Assembly (NCBI GenBank): GCA_024102915.1
Contig: JAGFJG010000016.1
Location: 22,263-86,262, forward strand
DNA length: 64,000 bases
DNA from: Caldilineales bacterium
GTDB lineage: Bacteria; Chloroflexota; Anaerolineae; J102
Reading direction: 5' to 3'
In this document: piece by piece, positions 50,766 through 59,530 of the stretch
Layout: every line of letters begins with the position of its first letter
How positions within the stretch are numbered: the first letter of the stretch is position 1
Notes under the pieces: generated by a model
Told to the model about the DNA's origin: nothing
What the model saw: only the letters and a program-made list of their open reading frames with translations
The model's database searches: none
Position numbers and translations under genes: made by a program

Positions 50766-53700
50766 TTACTGTGGCCGGTAATACTTGATGCCGGCGCTGG
50801 GGTGGCAGGTGTTGCAGCGGTTGGTGTAACCCGTCTTCGTAACCTGACCGAAGGCGCCGGTGGCGTCCTGACCATGGGTGATGCCTATGTCGGCATAGGT
50901 CATGGCCGGATAATTGACGCCGTCAGCCGTCGATTTGACGCCGTGCGGATCGTGGCAGGTGACGCAGCTTGGCTTCGATTCTTTCGTGCCGTCGCCGTCG
51001 CTATCCCAGGCCAGTTGGTTCATGTCGAGATGATCCCAATGGATGTTGGCAGGCACATTACCGAAGTAAAAGCCCTGCGCCGACTCGTTTCGGAAACTCG
51101 TGATGACGGGATCGACCTGAAGAGGATATCCGGCAGGCGGCGGATTGGAATGCGTAAACAACGCGTTGCTGTATCCTGGCCCCATCCCCACCTGGTTGGG
51201 TTCCAGATGGCAGGTGTAGCACAGTGCGTAATTCGACTTCTGATAGGATTCAGAATCGGTGATTGGCACGTTCAGCCCGCCGAAATTAAGCCAGAGAGCC
51301 TGCTGGTAATTATCAGCAGCGGCCTTATAAGTTTGGGCTACGCCATCGAAATGGATGCTGTTCTGCCCCTTCTGATGGCAGGTTATGCAGGCGAAACCCT
51401 TACTGCCGTGGCCGGTGACGGCGAAGCCGTAAGTCGAACCATCGCCTACCACGTTGGGAGCGGGAACGCCCTTGACCATGGCCGGAGCGTTATCGTGGCA
51501 GCCTTCGCAGCTTAAAGCGCCGCCGCTCGACCACTTGCTCTTCGCCTCGGCCACGCCATTCACAGCGCCGCCAGCGCTATGGCAATCATTACAGACGGCA
51601 GTGCTCGACAACGTCTTGCCGTCGGCAAAATTGACCTTGCCGTTGACGTGATCTTCGCTGGGGTAGTTGCTGTGGCAGGTATTGCAAGACTGAATACCGG
51701 GGCCCTGGTTGGAGCTGTCGAAGTGGCGGGCGTGCGCGCCGCTGGTCAAATCCTGCGCATTGACGCCGTGACAGGTTCCGCATGTGCCGCTGGCCGCATT
51801 GCCCCAGAGCGGGGTGCTGAACTTCGGCGTGCCGGGTTGTTCCCGGCTGGCCGCGCCGTCGGAATGGCACAGGCTGTTGGCGCAGGTCAGATCATTCGAT
51901 CGGAAGGCCGAATTATCGATGCGCCCGAAAACGTCCTTGACATTCATCGCCACCTGTTTCTGGAAGTCAACATGATTGTCGATATTCGCCACGGCATCGT
52001 TATTGTTGTTCTGCGCCGTCACGCTATGGCATTCGAAACACCCGATGGAATCATCGCCCCGGTCTTTGTAGTTGGGCGTCAGGTGTTTTCCATGGCTGCC
52101 TGTGGTGAGATTGGTCTGATCATTATGGCATCCGGCACAGGTCAATGTTGCGCCTTCCGCCCAAACCGGATTCTTGTACACCAGTTGACCAGTGCTGGGT
52201 GCGCCGTTGCTGTGGCAACCCACCGTAGCACAGGTGCGCGACGTGCGATCATAGCTGCCGCCGGGATTCAGCGAATCGAAGAATACATCCTGGAACGAAG
52301 GCGGCGAGGTGATGTGACCGCTGTAACCGGGGGCGGCATCATTGTGGCAGGCGCTGCATTCCAGCCCATATTGGCCGGGATCATCACCCGCATGGATGAG
52401 ATGAGGAGTCAGATTTTCGTTGAGGGGATAATCATTGCGGCTGGCCGGCGGCGGCGGCGTGCCATGACAGGCGTCGCATCCGCCCACAGGCATAAACGCA
52501 TCCGCCGTTCCCGGAACGCCATCCGTTTCGTGCCTGTGGCAAGAGGTGCAGTCGGCGCCCTCGAAGTGGGGGTTCTCATTCCAATTGCTGGGATTGCGGT
52601 TGTGCGCAGTCGTGGTATGGCAGGTGGCGCAGAGATCGTTGGCGTTGTTGTCGCCCGGCGGATCAAAGCTGAACTCACCGGTCCGGGCCAGGAAAGCCAC
52701 CGGATTGTTGCGAATCTGAGGGCGAATGGCGCTCAGATTGCTGCTGCCATGCGCGTTGTGGCAATTGACGCATGTCTCCACAAAGGGGTCTTGTGTGGCG
52801 GCGTCGAAAGCCTGATTGCCGTGGGCGCTGACATCCATGCCCGCGCGGCTGGAGTCGGCATGACAGCGAGCGCACAATTCGTTTGGCGGAGCCAGCAGTC
52901 GAGGGTTGGACGCATCCGTAAAGTGGGGGGCGTCAGGATTGTGGCAGCTCTGGCAATCAACGCCAGACGCTGCGCCATGTCCATTGACCGCCCAGAACTG
53001 ATCGACCGCCGGTGCGGTCTTGCCGTGCAACACGCCGGGTTTGATGCTGTTATGGCAACCTGTGCAATCCTCGATCTCGCGGTTCGCTCGCCACGCCGAC
53101 TTGGCTTCCAATACGCCCTGCGGCGTGCCGTGGCAGTCATTGCAAACGGCAGTCTGATTCAAGTCCTTGTTGTCCGCCATGTTGACCCAGCCGTTGTAAT
53201 GGCCCTTGTCGGTCCAGTTCTTGACTTTGGGATGACAGGCGGTGCAATTATCCAGGCCAATGTCGGCCTGTTCGTGGCGGCTGTGGGCGCTATTCCCCGG
53301 CGGCGTACCATGACAAGCGCGGCAACTCTGCGGGTTGACGTAGAATCCATCCGTATGCGGATGACACCTGGTGCAATCCTGATCTTCGTAATGGGTCTTA
53401 TTGGCCGATGTGCTGTGATAATTGGTCGTCGTATGACAGGTCTCACAGATAGCCCATGATCCGCCGTCAAAGCGACGGCCATCAAATCGCACCTCTTTGC
53501 CAAAGATCGCCTTCTGGATAAGGGCGGCGTTGTCGGTTTTGGCGTGCGGTTCATGGCACGTTGCGCACTCATTCTGCTTATGCGTCAGAGCCGTGGGATG
53601 GCAGGAGTAGCAGGCGGTTTCCGGGTCGGTCACCAACACATGCGGCTGATGACAGGTCATGCAACTGCTGGTCGATGCACTGTAATTGCCATGCGGATTG

Positions 53701-53837
53701 AACGGAGCCCCTTGCAGCGCGGTGACGCGCCACAAATTACTGCTGCCGGCGTTCAACAATAGCAACAGCACAACGGTGAGGATCAGCAAAGGTGCGAACC
53801 TCAGTAGCTTGCTCACGAATCTAGGCATCGACTTCAT
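50766..53837 (-). CDS. Giant multihaem c-type cytochrome (28 haem motifs, 1023 aa), N-terminal membrane/signal anchor
   Basis: I count 26 CxxCH motifs plus 2 Cx4CH motifs (CATVGCH, CANSLCH). Each Cx4CH is followed by a CxxCH, as in the Geobacter CxxxxCH...CxxCH repeat family. Hydrophobic N-terminus LLRFAPLLILTVVLLLLL. Confidence 0.85.
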   Translation of the reverse strand: MKSMPRFVSKLLRFAPLLILTVVLLLLLNAGSSNLWRVTALQGAPFNPHGNYSASTSSCMTCHQPHVLVTDPETACYSCHPTALTHKQNECATCHEPHAKTDNAALIQKAIFGKEVRFDGRRFDGGSWAICETCHTTTNYHSTSANKTHYEDQDCTRCHPHTDGFYVNPQSCRACHGTPPGNSAHSRHEQADIGLDNCTACHPKVKNWTDKGHYNGWVNMADNKDLNQTAVCNDCHGTPQGVLEAKSAWRANREIEDCTGCHNSIKPGVLHGKTAPAVDQFWAVNGHGAASGVDCQSCHNPDAPHFTDASNPRLLAPPNELCARCHADSSRAGMDVSAHGNQAFDAATQDPFVETCVNCHNAHGSSNLSAIRPQIRNNPVAFLARTGEFSFDPPGDNNANDLCATCHTTTAHNRNPSNWNENPHFEGADCTSCHRHETDGVPGTADAFMPVGGCDACHGTPPPPASRNDYPLNENLTPHLIHAGDDPGQYGLECSACHNDAAPGYSGHITSPPSFQDVFFDSLNPGGSYDRTSRTCATVGCHSNGAPSTGQLVYKNPVWAEGATLTCAGCHNDQTNLTTGSHGKHLTPNYKDRGDDSIGCFECHSVTAQNNNNDAVANIDNHVDFQKQVAMNVKDVFGRIDNSAFRSNDLTCANSLCHSDGAASREQPGTPKFSTPLWGNAASGTCGTCHGVNAQDLTSGAHARHFDSSNQGPGIQSCNTCHSNYPSEDHVNGKVNFADGKTLSSTAVCNDCHSAGGAVNGVAEAKSKWSSGGALSCEGCHDNAPAMVKGVPAPNVVGDGSTYGFAVTGHGSKGFACITCHQKGQNSIHFDGVAQTYKAAADNYQQALWLNFGGLNVPITDSESYQKSNYALCYTCHLEPNQVGMGPGYSNALFTHSNPPPAGYPLQVDPVITSFRNESAQGFYFGNVPANIHWDHLDMNQLAWDSDGDGTKESKPSCVTCHDPHGVKSTADGVNYPAMTYADIGITHGQDATGAFGQVTKTGYTNRCNTCHPSAGIKYYRPQ

Positions 53838-53843
53838 CGTGGG

Positions 53844-55604
53844 CTATCTCCGTGCGGTGGGTGGGGAGGAGGGAGCCTGGAATGAGTGGCACTCGATACA
53901 GAGGGCGTCGCCCGCTGCTCTCAGGTCAAAGTCATGCTGCGTGCCGTGCGGGCTGTGGCAGCTTACACAGGACAGTCCCTCTCCGATGACGGGATGGAAA
54001 CCGTGCGGCAAACCGCTATGGCAGGATTCGCAGAGGGCGTTGGTGCGATTTTTCAGCAGGCCATCGATGTTGCCGCTATGGGCGTTGTGGCAGGCGGCGC
54101 ATTGCTCGCGCAATTGGGTGGAATGTTTGCTGTTGGCGAATGTGGCGGCCTGGCCGCTATGGCATTCGCCGCACAACTGCCGCGCCGAAGTCTGCAACAA
54201 ATCCGGGTGACTGCTGCTGTGCGATACATGGCAGGATGTACAATCCCCGGAAGCGACCGGCTGATGTTTGATAGCGCCCTGTTGCAAGTCATGGCAGTCG
54301 GTGCAGATATTGCTTGCCACCGCCGCCAGGGTCGTTCTGCTCTTGCCGTGGAATTCGGTGTGGCACTGTGCGCAATCGCCCGCGGCCACCGGTTCGTGCG
54401 TGCTGCCGGATGAAGCCAGCACGATATCGCTATGACATTCGACGCAGGTCTCGGCCAACTGCGTTCCCGAAGTTTTCGGCTCGTGCGGCGAATGGCAGGA
54501 GGTGCAGGATGGCAGTTTGTCGGCGGAATGATTGGCGAACGTATGCTGCGTGTCGAACTGCTCGGTGTGGCAGGTCTTGCAGATCGCATCCTCCGACTGC
54601 ACCAGGAGGTTGGCGTTGTTGCTGCCATGCCCATCGTGGCAAAGCAGACATTCACCCACGGCCAGGCTGGGATGCGGTTGGCTCACCATCTGCCCGTGAT
54701 CTTGATGGCATTCGTTACAAGATGCCGCCTGGGTCTCGGCCAGCAAGGGTGCATCCGGCCCCTGGTGGAATCCGCCATGACAATCAGAGCACTTGCCTTC
54801 GGCAAATGGCTGGTGCGGATGACTGAAGCTGTCCGGCTCCGGCAGATCGGTATGGCATTGTTCGCAGGCTTCCCGGTCCAGCGTCATCTCTGAGGGTGGA
54901 TGGGGGTCGTGCGGATCATGGCATAGGCTGCACTGGATGTTTTCATCCTGGGCATGGCTGGCGAAGCTAATGGACGGATCCGTCTGATCGGTATGGCAGG
55001 TTCCGCACAATTTCTGCTGAGGCTGGCGCAGGATAGCGGCATTGTCGGAACCATGCGACACATGGCAAAGATTACACTCGCCCGCGGCCAGGTCGGGATG
55101 CGGTTGATCGATCTCGCCACCCAAATCCTTGTGACACTCATTGCAAGCGTCATTGACATTCGTGACCATGAGCGCGGGATAGGCGCTGGCGTGGGGATTA
55201 TGGCAGGAGGTGCAATCCCCGCGGGCGAATGGCTGGTGCGGGTGACTGACCGGCGATTCGGGATCGGGCAAATCCTGCCAGTGACAATCCCGGCAAACAG
55301 CATCCTGCGTCCCCCACAACTGTTTTGGATCCGACCCGCTGAGATCATGGCACGCGCCACAGGCCCCATCCCCAAACGGCGGATGCACGTAATCCAGGCT
55401 ATCCAAAGGCGCTGGACCCAAACCCGCCGCGATCGCATCAGCTGGCGGCGTGGGCGTGAAAAAGGGCGTCGGCGTGGGTGTGGGCGTCCCTTCCGGCCCG
55501 GAATCGCGACGACAGCTATTGAGGACGAGGATCGCCAGGATTAATAGCGCTGTCAGAGCTGCAATAGGAAGAAGGCGGCGCCAGCGCTGCGAGTGCAATG
55601 TCAT
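53844..55604 (-). CDS. 22-haem c-type cytochrome, probable lipoprotein with Pro/Thr linker (polymer of c7/c3-like modules)
   Basis: 22 CxxCH motifs. N-terminal LLILAILVLNSC is a lipobox-like Cys, followed by GTPTPTPTPFFTPTPP. The unit HP(H/D)xP(F/L)AxGxCxxCHxxH...CxxCH recurs about 7-8 times. Confidence 0.85.
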   Translation of the reverse strand: MTLHSQRWRRLLPIAALTALLILAILVLNSCRRDSGPEGTPTPTPTPFFTPTPPADAIAAGLGPAPLDSLDYVHPPFGDGACGACHDLSGSDPKQLWGTQDAVCRDCHWQDLPDPESPVSHPHQPFARGDCTSCHNPHASAYPALMVTNVNDACNECHKDLGGEIDQPHPDLAAGECNLCHVSHGSDNAAILRQPQQKLCGTCHTDQTDPSISFASHAQDENIQCSLCHDPHDPHPPSEMTLDREACEQCHTDLPEPDSFSHPHQPFAEGKCSDCHGGFHQGPDAPLLAETQAASCNECHQDHGQMVSQPHPSLAVGECLLCHDGHGSNNANLLVQSEDAICKTCHTEQFDTQHTFANHSADKLPSCTSCHSPHEPKTSGTQLAETCVECHSDIVLASSGSTHEPVAAGDCAQCHTEFHGKSRTTLAAVASNICTDCHDLQQGAIKHQPVASGDCTSCHVSHSSSHPDLLQTSARQLCGECHSGQAATFANSKHSTQLREQCAACHNAHSGNIDGLLKNRTNALCESCHSGLPHGFHPVIGEGLSCVSCHSPHGTQHDFDLRAAGDALCIECHSFQAPSSPPTARR

Positions 55605-55948
55605 GCTTTACAAAGAATCCAGGGAATGATTAGGGCATTATAACGCAGAATGAGAAATGTGAATATGATATTAATCAGGTTCCTAGTGCGCAAATTGTGA
55701 CACATGGATCGGACAGACCCTTCATCATGGAGGATAATCTGCCGCGCGTGCATCCGAATATGCCTTGTTGCATCAAGAAATAGTCCATCGAAGTCGAAAC
55801 AAGTGCAAAAATTACCTCCAATTATGACAAAGATCATGTCGCAACTTAGAAACGAGTGCTATTCTATTTTAACGTGTCAGTTCAGGCTGACAGTCGGGAA
55901 TAGTTTATAAGGCCAAACTTGCCACTATCTTGAACGGAGGCGACTCAC
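55605..55948. promoter_or_regulatory. AT-rich divergent control region between the two cytochrome operons
   Basis: A 344-bp non-coding, visibly AT-rich spacer between the divergent starts at 55604 (-) and 55949 (+). It contains the palindrome TGTGACACA (~55696-55704) and the hairpin TGTCAG-ttcagg-CTGACA (~55875-55892). Confidence 0.4.
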
Positions 55949-56416
55949 GTGAAAGACCCAGTTCAGATTTTCAACAACGAGCAGAAAACCGATCGTCGTG
56001 GATTCCTGAAGCTTTTGTTGGGTTTTTCCGGGCTGGTCACAGCCGTTGGCGTTCTCACGCCCGTGATCGGCTATTTGTGGCCGCCTAAGCAGGCGTCGAC
56101 AGTAGGCGCTGGCCGGGTGCCGGTAGGATCGACCGAAGAATTTCCTGTGGGGCAGGGCAAGGTTGTGCCGGTGGATGGCAAACCAGTGATAATTGTAAAC
56201 ACAGATCAAGGCGGATTAACCGCCTACTCAGCCGTCTGCACGCATTTGGGCTGCGTTGTGGAATGGGACGATAGAAGGCAATTCATTCTTTGCCCCTGCC
56301 ATGATGGACGATTCAACGCCATCAATGGCGCTGTAATCTCTGGCCCGCCACCCACGCCTCTGCCTGAATTGCCCCTCGTCGTGGAGCAGGATACCGTTTA
56401 CGTCTCACCCGCCTAA
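55949..56416 (+). CDS. Rieske [2Fe-2S] subunit with twin-arginine signal
   Basis: GTG start with GGAGG 8 nt upstream. Tat motif DRRGFLKLLLG. Cluster boxes CTHLGC and CPCHDGRF. Confidence 0.9.
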   Translation: MKDPVQIFNNEQKTDRRGFLKLLLGFSGLVTAVGVLTPVIGYLWPPKQASTVGAGRVPVGSTEEFPVGQGKVVPVDGKPVIIVNTDQGGLTAYSAVCTHLGCVVEWDDRRQFILCPCHDGRFNAINGAVISGPPPTPLPELPLVVEQDTVYVSPA

Positions 56417-56445
56417 ATCTCATCGATCAATTCGCAGGAGGCGAC

Positions 56446-57507
56446 ATGGAGGCTAAGAAATCGAGCTTTAACCGGATGTGGGATTGGGTGGATACACGTT
56501 ACCGTGCCAATGAACTGATCCAGGCGCTGCTTCACGTCGAGATCCCGCGCTCGGCCAAAACTTTCTATTTCGGCGGGATCACACTCTTCTTTTTCATCGT
56601 CCAAGCCGCAACCGGCATCCTGCTGTCTATTTACTATCAGCCATCGCCCGATTCAGCTTTTAACAGCATTCTTTTCATTATGAATAACGTGCGCTTCGGC
56701 TGGCTGATCCGCAGCATTCACGCCTGGAGCGCCAATCTCATGGTGCTGTTCTGCGTACTGCATCTGCTGCGCATTTTCTTCCAGGCAGCTTATAAGAAGC
56801 CCAGAGAGATGACGTGGGTATTTGGCGTAGTCCTGTTGGGCGTAACCCTGGTGTTCGGTTTCACAGGCTATCTCTTGCCCTGGGACCAACGGGCTTACTG
56901 GGCGACAGTGGTAGGAAGCGAGATCGCCGGGGCGTTGCCCATCGTGGGCGGGCAACTGCTCACCTTCCTGCGCGGCGGCGCTGACATCACCGCAGCAACC
57001 CTGACCCGATTTTTCGGCATCCATGTACTCATACTCCCGGTTACTCTGGCGCTGGTGCTGGTCATCCATATCACGATGGTGCACCAACAGGGCCTTGCTG
57101 ACCCCAAACGTGAAAAAGTGGATGACCAGTCGCGCAAAAAGAGGCTCCTGCCTTTCTTCCCGAATTATGTACTCGATGAAATGATCGCCTGGTATCTGAT
57201 GCTGGCCGGATTAATCGTACTGGCATCCGTTTTCCCCGGCGGATTGGAGGAACCGGCCGACCCCCTGCGTACGCCCGAACACACAAAACCGGAATGGTAT
57301 TTTCTTTTCCTCTACCAGGCCTTGAAAGTAGTGCCTCGCATCATCGGCGTCACTTTGCCCATCATCGGCGGCATTCTCTTGTTATTACTGCCATTCATCG
57401 ATCGCAGCCCCTATGTCGAACTCAGGAAACGTCCTGTGGCTCTGGCGGTGGGCGTTATCTGCGTGGCTGGCATTGTCGGATTCACGATATGGGGCTGGCT
57501 AAGCTAG
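56446..57507 (+). CDS. Cytochrome b, fused b6 plus subunit-IV type
   Basis: AGGAGG RBS. Haem ligands are spaced H-x13-H (IHAWSANLMVLFCVLH) and H-x14-H (IHVLILPVTLALVLVIH), which is the b6 pattern. The PEWY motif (KPEWYFLFLYQ) sits in the subunit-IV-like C-terminal part. Confidence 0.9.
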   Translation: MEAKKSSFNRMWDWVDTRYRANELIQALLHVEIPRSAKTFYFGGITLFFFIVQAATGILLSIYYQPSPDSAFNSILFIMNNVRFGWLIRSIHAWSANLMVLFCVLHLLRIFFQAAYKKPREMTWVFGVVLLGVTLVFGFTGYLLPWDQRAYWATVVGSEIAGALPIVGGQLLTFLRGGADITAATLTRFFGIHVLILPVTLALVLVIHITMVHQQGLADPKREKVDDQSRKKRLLPFFPNYVLDEMIAWYLMLAGLIVLASVFPGGLEEPADPLRTPEHTKPEWYFLFLYQALKVVPRIIGVTLPIIGGILLLLLPFIDRSPYVELRKRPVALAVGVICVAGIVGFTIWGWLS

Positions 57508-57523
57508 CACAGGGAGCAATGTC

Positions 57524-59476
57524 ATGAACCATCGGCTTCGCACTCGCCTGCTTATCCTATCGGTGCTGCTGATTGCCGCCGGTATCGCATCGACCCTGAC
57601 GCTGGCGCAAGGCACGCCCCCAACGATCCCGCATCCGCTCAAGAATTACCGCGGCTGCCTGGTTTGCCACGGCACGGGATTGGCCAGCGCGCCCCAGGTC
57701 CCCGACAGCCATGATGGCTTCGAAAATGAAATCTGCACTTCGTGTCACCTGACCGGCGAAGAGGCGGCCGAGCAAAGCGGCGCTGCGGCTGCGGGCCCAG
57801 GCCCAGAGCAGATTCCGCATCCCATTGAGGGGCGCGAGAACTGTGTGCAGTGCCATCAACCTGCCGAGGGCGGTGAAATCATCCCCGCCGCCGCGGGTGC
57901 GCCTGCGATACCACACACTTTGGAAGGTCACGATAAATGCCTGGCCTGCCATCAGGAAGGCGTGGGCGGCGCACCTCAAATGCCTGACGACCACGCCGGG
58001 CGCACAGAAGAGATTTGTCAGGCCTGTCATCAGCCTGGTGGCACGATGACAGTTGGTGGAAGCGGTGAAGGCGGAGCGCCCAACATCCCTCACACACTGG
58101 TGGGGCGAGATGATTGTTTGGGTTGCCACGAACAGGGGTTCGGCGGCGCACCCCAAATCCCTGACGACCATGCCGGGCGCAGCAATGACATCTGCCAGGC
58201 CTGTCACCAATCCACCGAAGCAGCGCCTGAGGCAGCGGAACCGATCGCCAGCGGCCCCATCCCCACGCCCATTCCCCACCCGCCGGTACAGGACACGGAT
58301 TCCTGCGTAGCCTGCCACGAGGCATTGGAAGGAGCGCAGGGGCAGGTGACCGCCGATTGGGCGATGAGCATCCATGCCGAGCGTGATGTCTCTTGCGCGG
58401 ATTGCCACGGCGGCGACCCCACTGCCTCTACCGTCAATGAATCAATGGACCCGGCAGCGGGTTATATCGGCGCTCCTGATAAAGCTGACATTCCAGCACT
58501 GTGCGCCAGTTGTCACGCCGACGTGAATTTAATGCGCCAATATGATCTGCCCACCGACCAGTGGGCCAAGTATCAGGAAAGCATCCACGGCATCCAGCTT
58601 GCCCGCGGCGATGAGAAGGTCACGACCTGTTACGATTGCCACGGCGGGCATAAAATCCTCAAGGCCAATGACCCGGCTTCCACGGTTTATGCCAGTAATG
58701 TGCCAGCATTGTGCGCCGGATGCCATTCTGATCAGGAATTGATGCGGCCTTATGGCATCCCCACCGACCAGTATGACCTCTACCGTGAAAGTGTGCACGG
58801 CATCGCTCTGCTCGATCATCAGGATTTCCGGGCGCCCAATTGCGCCACCTGTCATGGCACCCACGGGGCTGCGCCTCCGGGTTTCAATGAGGTGAGCAAT
58901 GTCTGCGGAAGCTGCCATTCCGCCACGCAAGAACATTATCTGCAAAGCGCCCACGCCAATGTCGAGGGCGGCCCTGAATGCGTGACCTGCCATGGCCGCT
59001 ATGATGTGGGCGTGCCCGACGACTCGATGTATCTGGGTTCAGAGCCGCGACACTGTGGTTCGTGTCATCCCGAAGACAGCCCGGAAGGCCAGATCGTTCA
59101 ATCAATCTATGACAATATCACGCAAGCGGACGCAGCTTACGAGGAAGCAGAAAACCGGGTGGAAGGGGTGAAACGCCTGGGCATGCTTGTATTGGACGAG
59201 GAGGGCCGCTTGCAGGAATCGAATACAAAACTGATCACGGCGCGGGCTTTGCAGCATACCACCGACCTGGCAACGGTGAAGGAAAAGACCGACGAAGCGG
59301 CAAGCCTGGCGAATGAGGCCAAACAAGGCGCTGACTCCGCCGCCGCTGAAAACCTGTTCCGGCGGCAAGCGATGGTGGTCGCCGTCATCGCCATCGCCTT
59401 CGCCATCGGCGCTCTCTATCTATTGAAGCGAGAGCTAGATCGGCGGTTGGAACGCGAGGATGCCCAGGAGCAGTAA
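57524..59476 (+). CDS. 16-haem c-type cytochrome with signal peptide, coiled-coil and C-terminal membrane anchor (c subunit of the Rieske/cyt b complex by position)
   Basis: 16 CxxCH motifs. The N-terminal half holds about five IPHx(5-7)CxxCH modules, three of them in near-identical dihaem units (...IPHTL(E/V)G(H/R)D(K/D)CL(A/G)CH(Q/E)(E/Q)G(V/F)GGAPQ(M/I)PDDHAGR...ICQACHQ). C-terminal helix AMVVAVIAIAFAIGALYLL. Confidence 0.85.
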   Translation: MNHRLRTRLLILSVLLIAAGIASTLTLAQGTPPTIPHPLKNYRGCLVCHGTGLASAPQVPDSHDGFENEICTSCHLTGEEAAEQSGAAAAGPGPEQIPHPIEGRENCVQCHQPAEGGEIIPAAAGAPAIPHTLEGHDKCLACHQEGVGGAPQMPDDHAGRTEEICQACHQPGGTMTVGGSGEGGAPNIPHTLVGRDDCLGCHEQGFGGAPQIPDDHAGRSNDICQACHQSTEAAPEAAEPIASGPIPTPIPHPPVQDTDSCVACHEALEGAQGQVTADWAMSIHAERDVSCADCHGGDPTASTVNESMDPAAGYIGAPDKADIPALCASCHADVNLMRQYDLPTDQWAKYQESIHGIQLARGDEKVTTCYDCHGGHKILKANDPASTVYASNVPALCAGCHSDQELMRPYGIPTDQYDLYRESVHGIALLDHQDFRAPNCATCHGTHGAAPPGFNEVSNVCGSCHSATQEHYLQSAHANVEGGPECVTCHGRYDVGVPDDSMYLGSEPRHCGSCHPEDSPEGQIVQSIYDNITQADAAYEEAENRVEGVKRLGMLVLDEEGRLQESNTKLITARALQHTTDLATVKEKTDEAASLANEAKQGADSAAAENLFRRQAMVVAVIAIAFAIGALYLLKRELDRRLEREDAQEQ

Positions 59477-59530
59477 GATTGGATCATCGAAAGATTGCAC
59501 TCCCACATCGCTTCATAGGACAGGAGAAAA

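Noticed and set aside
51579-53459. 626-aa plus-strand ORF and other long antisense ORFs (3543-4874, 10817-12070, 25024-26130, 27031-28209, 30687-32096, 42876-44531, 46498-48180, 60595-61785)
   Set aside because: Each lies opposite a gene with strong family signatures (CxxCH arrays, NACHT, kinase, PBP, LutB, MttB). They show Arg/Ala/Gly-rich, motif-free translations, and I judge them to be high-GC artefacts.
55601-55910. Two overlapping small ORFs (78 aa minus, 68 aa plus) in the cytochrome divergent spacer
   Set aside because: They are AT-rich, mutually overlapping, without RBS, and have odd composition. They are more likely regulatory DNA.
46471-59476. Alternative Complex III (ActABCDEF) as the identity of the cytochrome block
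   Set aside because: There is no molybdopterin-like/FeS ActB homologue and no NrfD-like ActC/ActF polytopic subunits. A genuine Rieske/cytochrome b pair is present instead.
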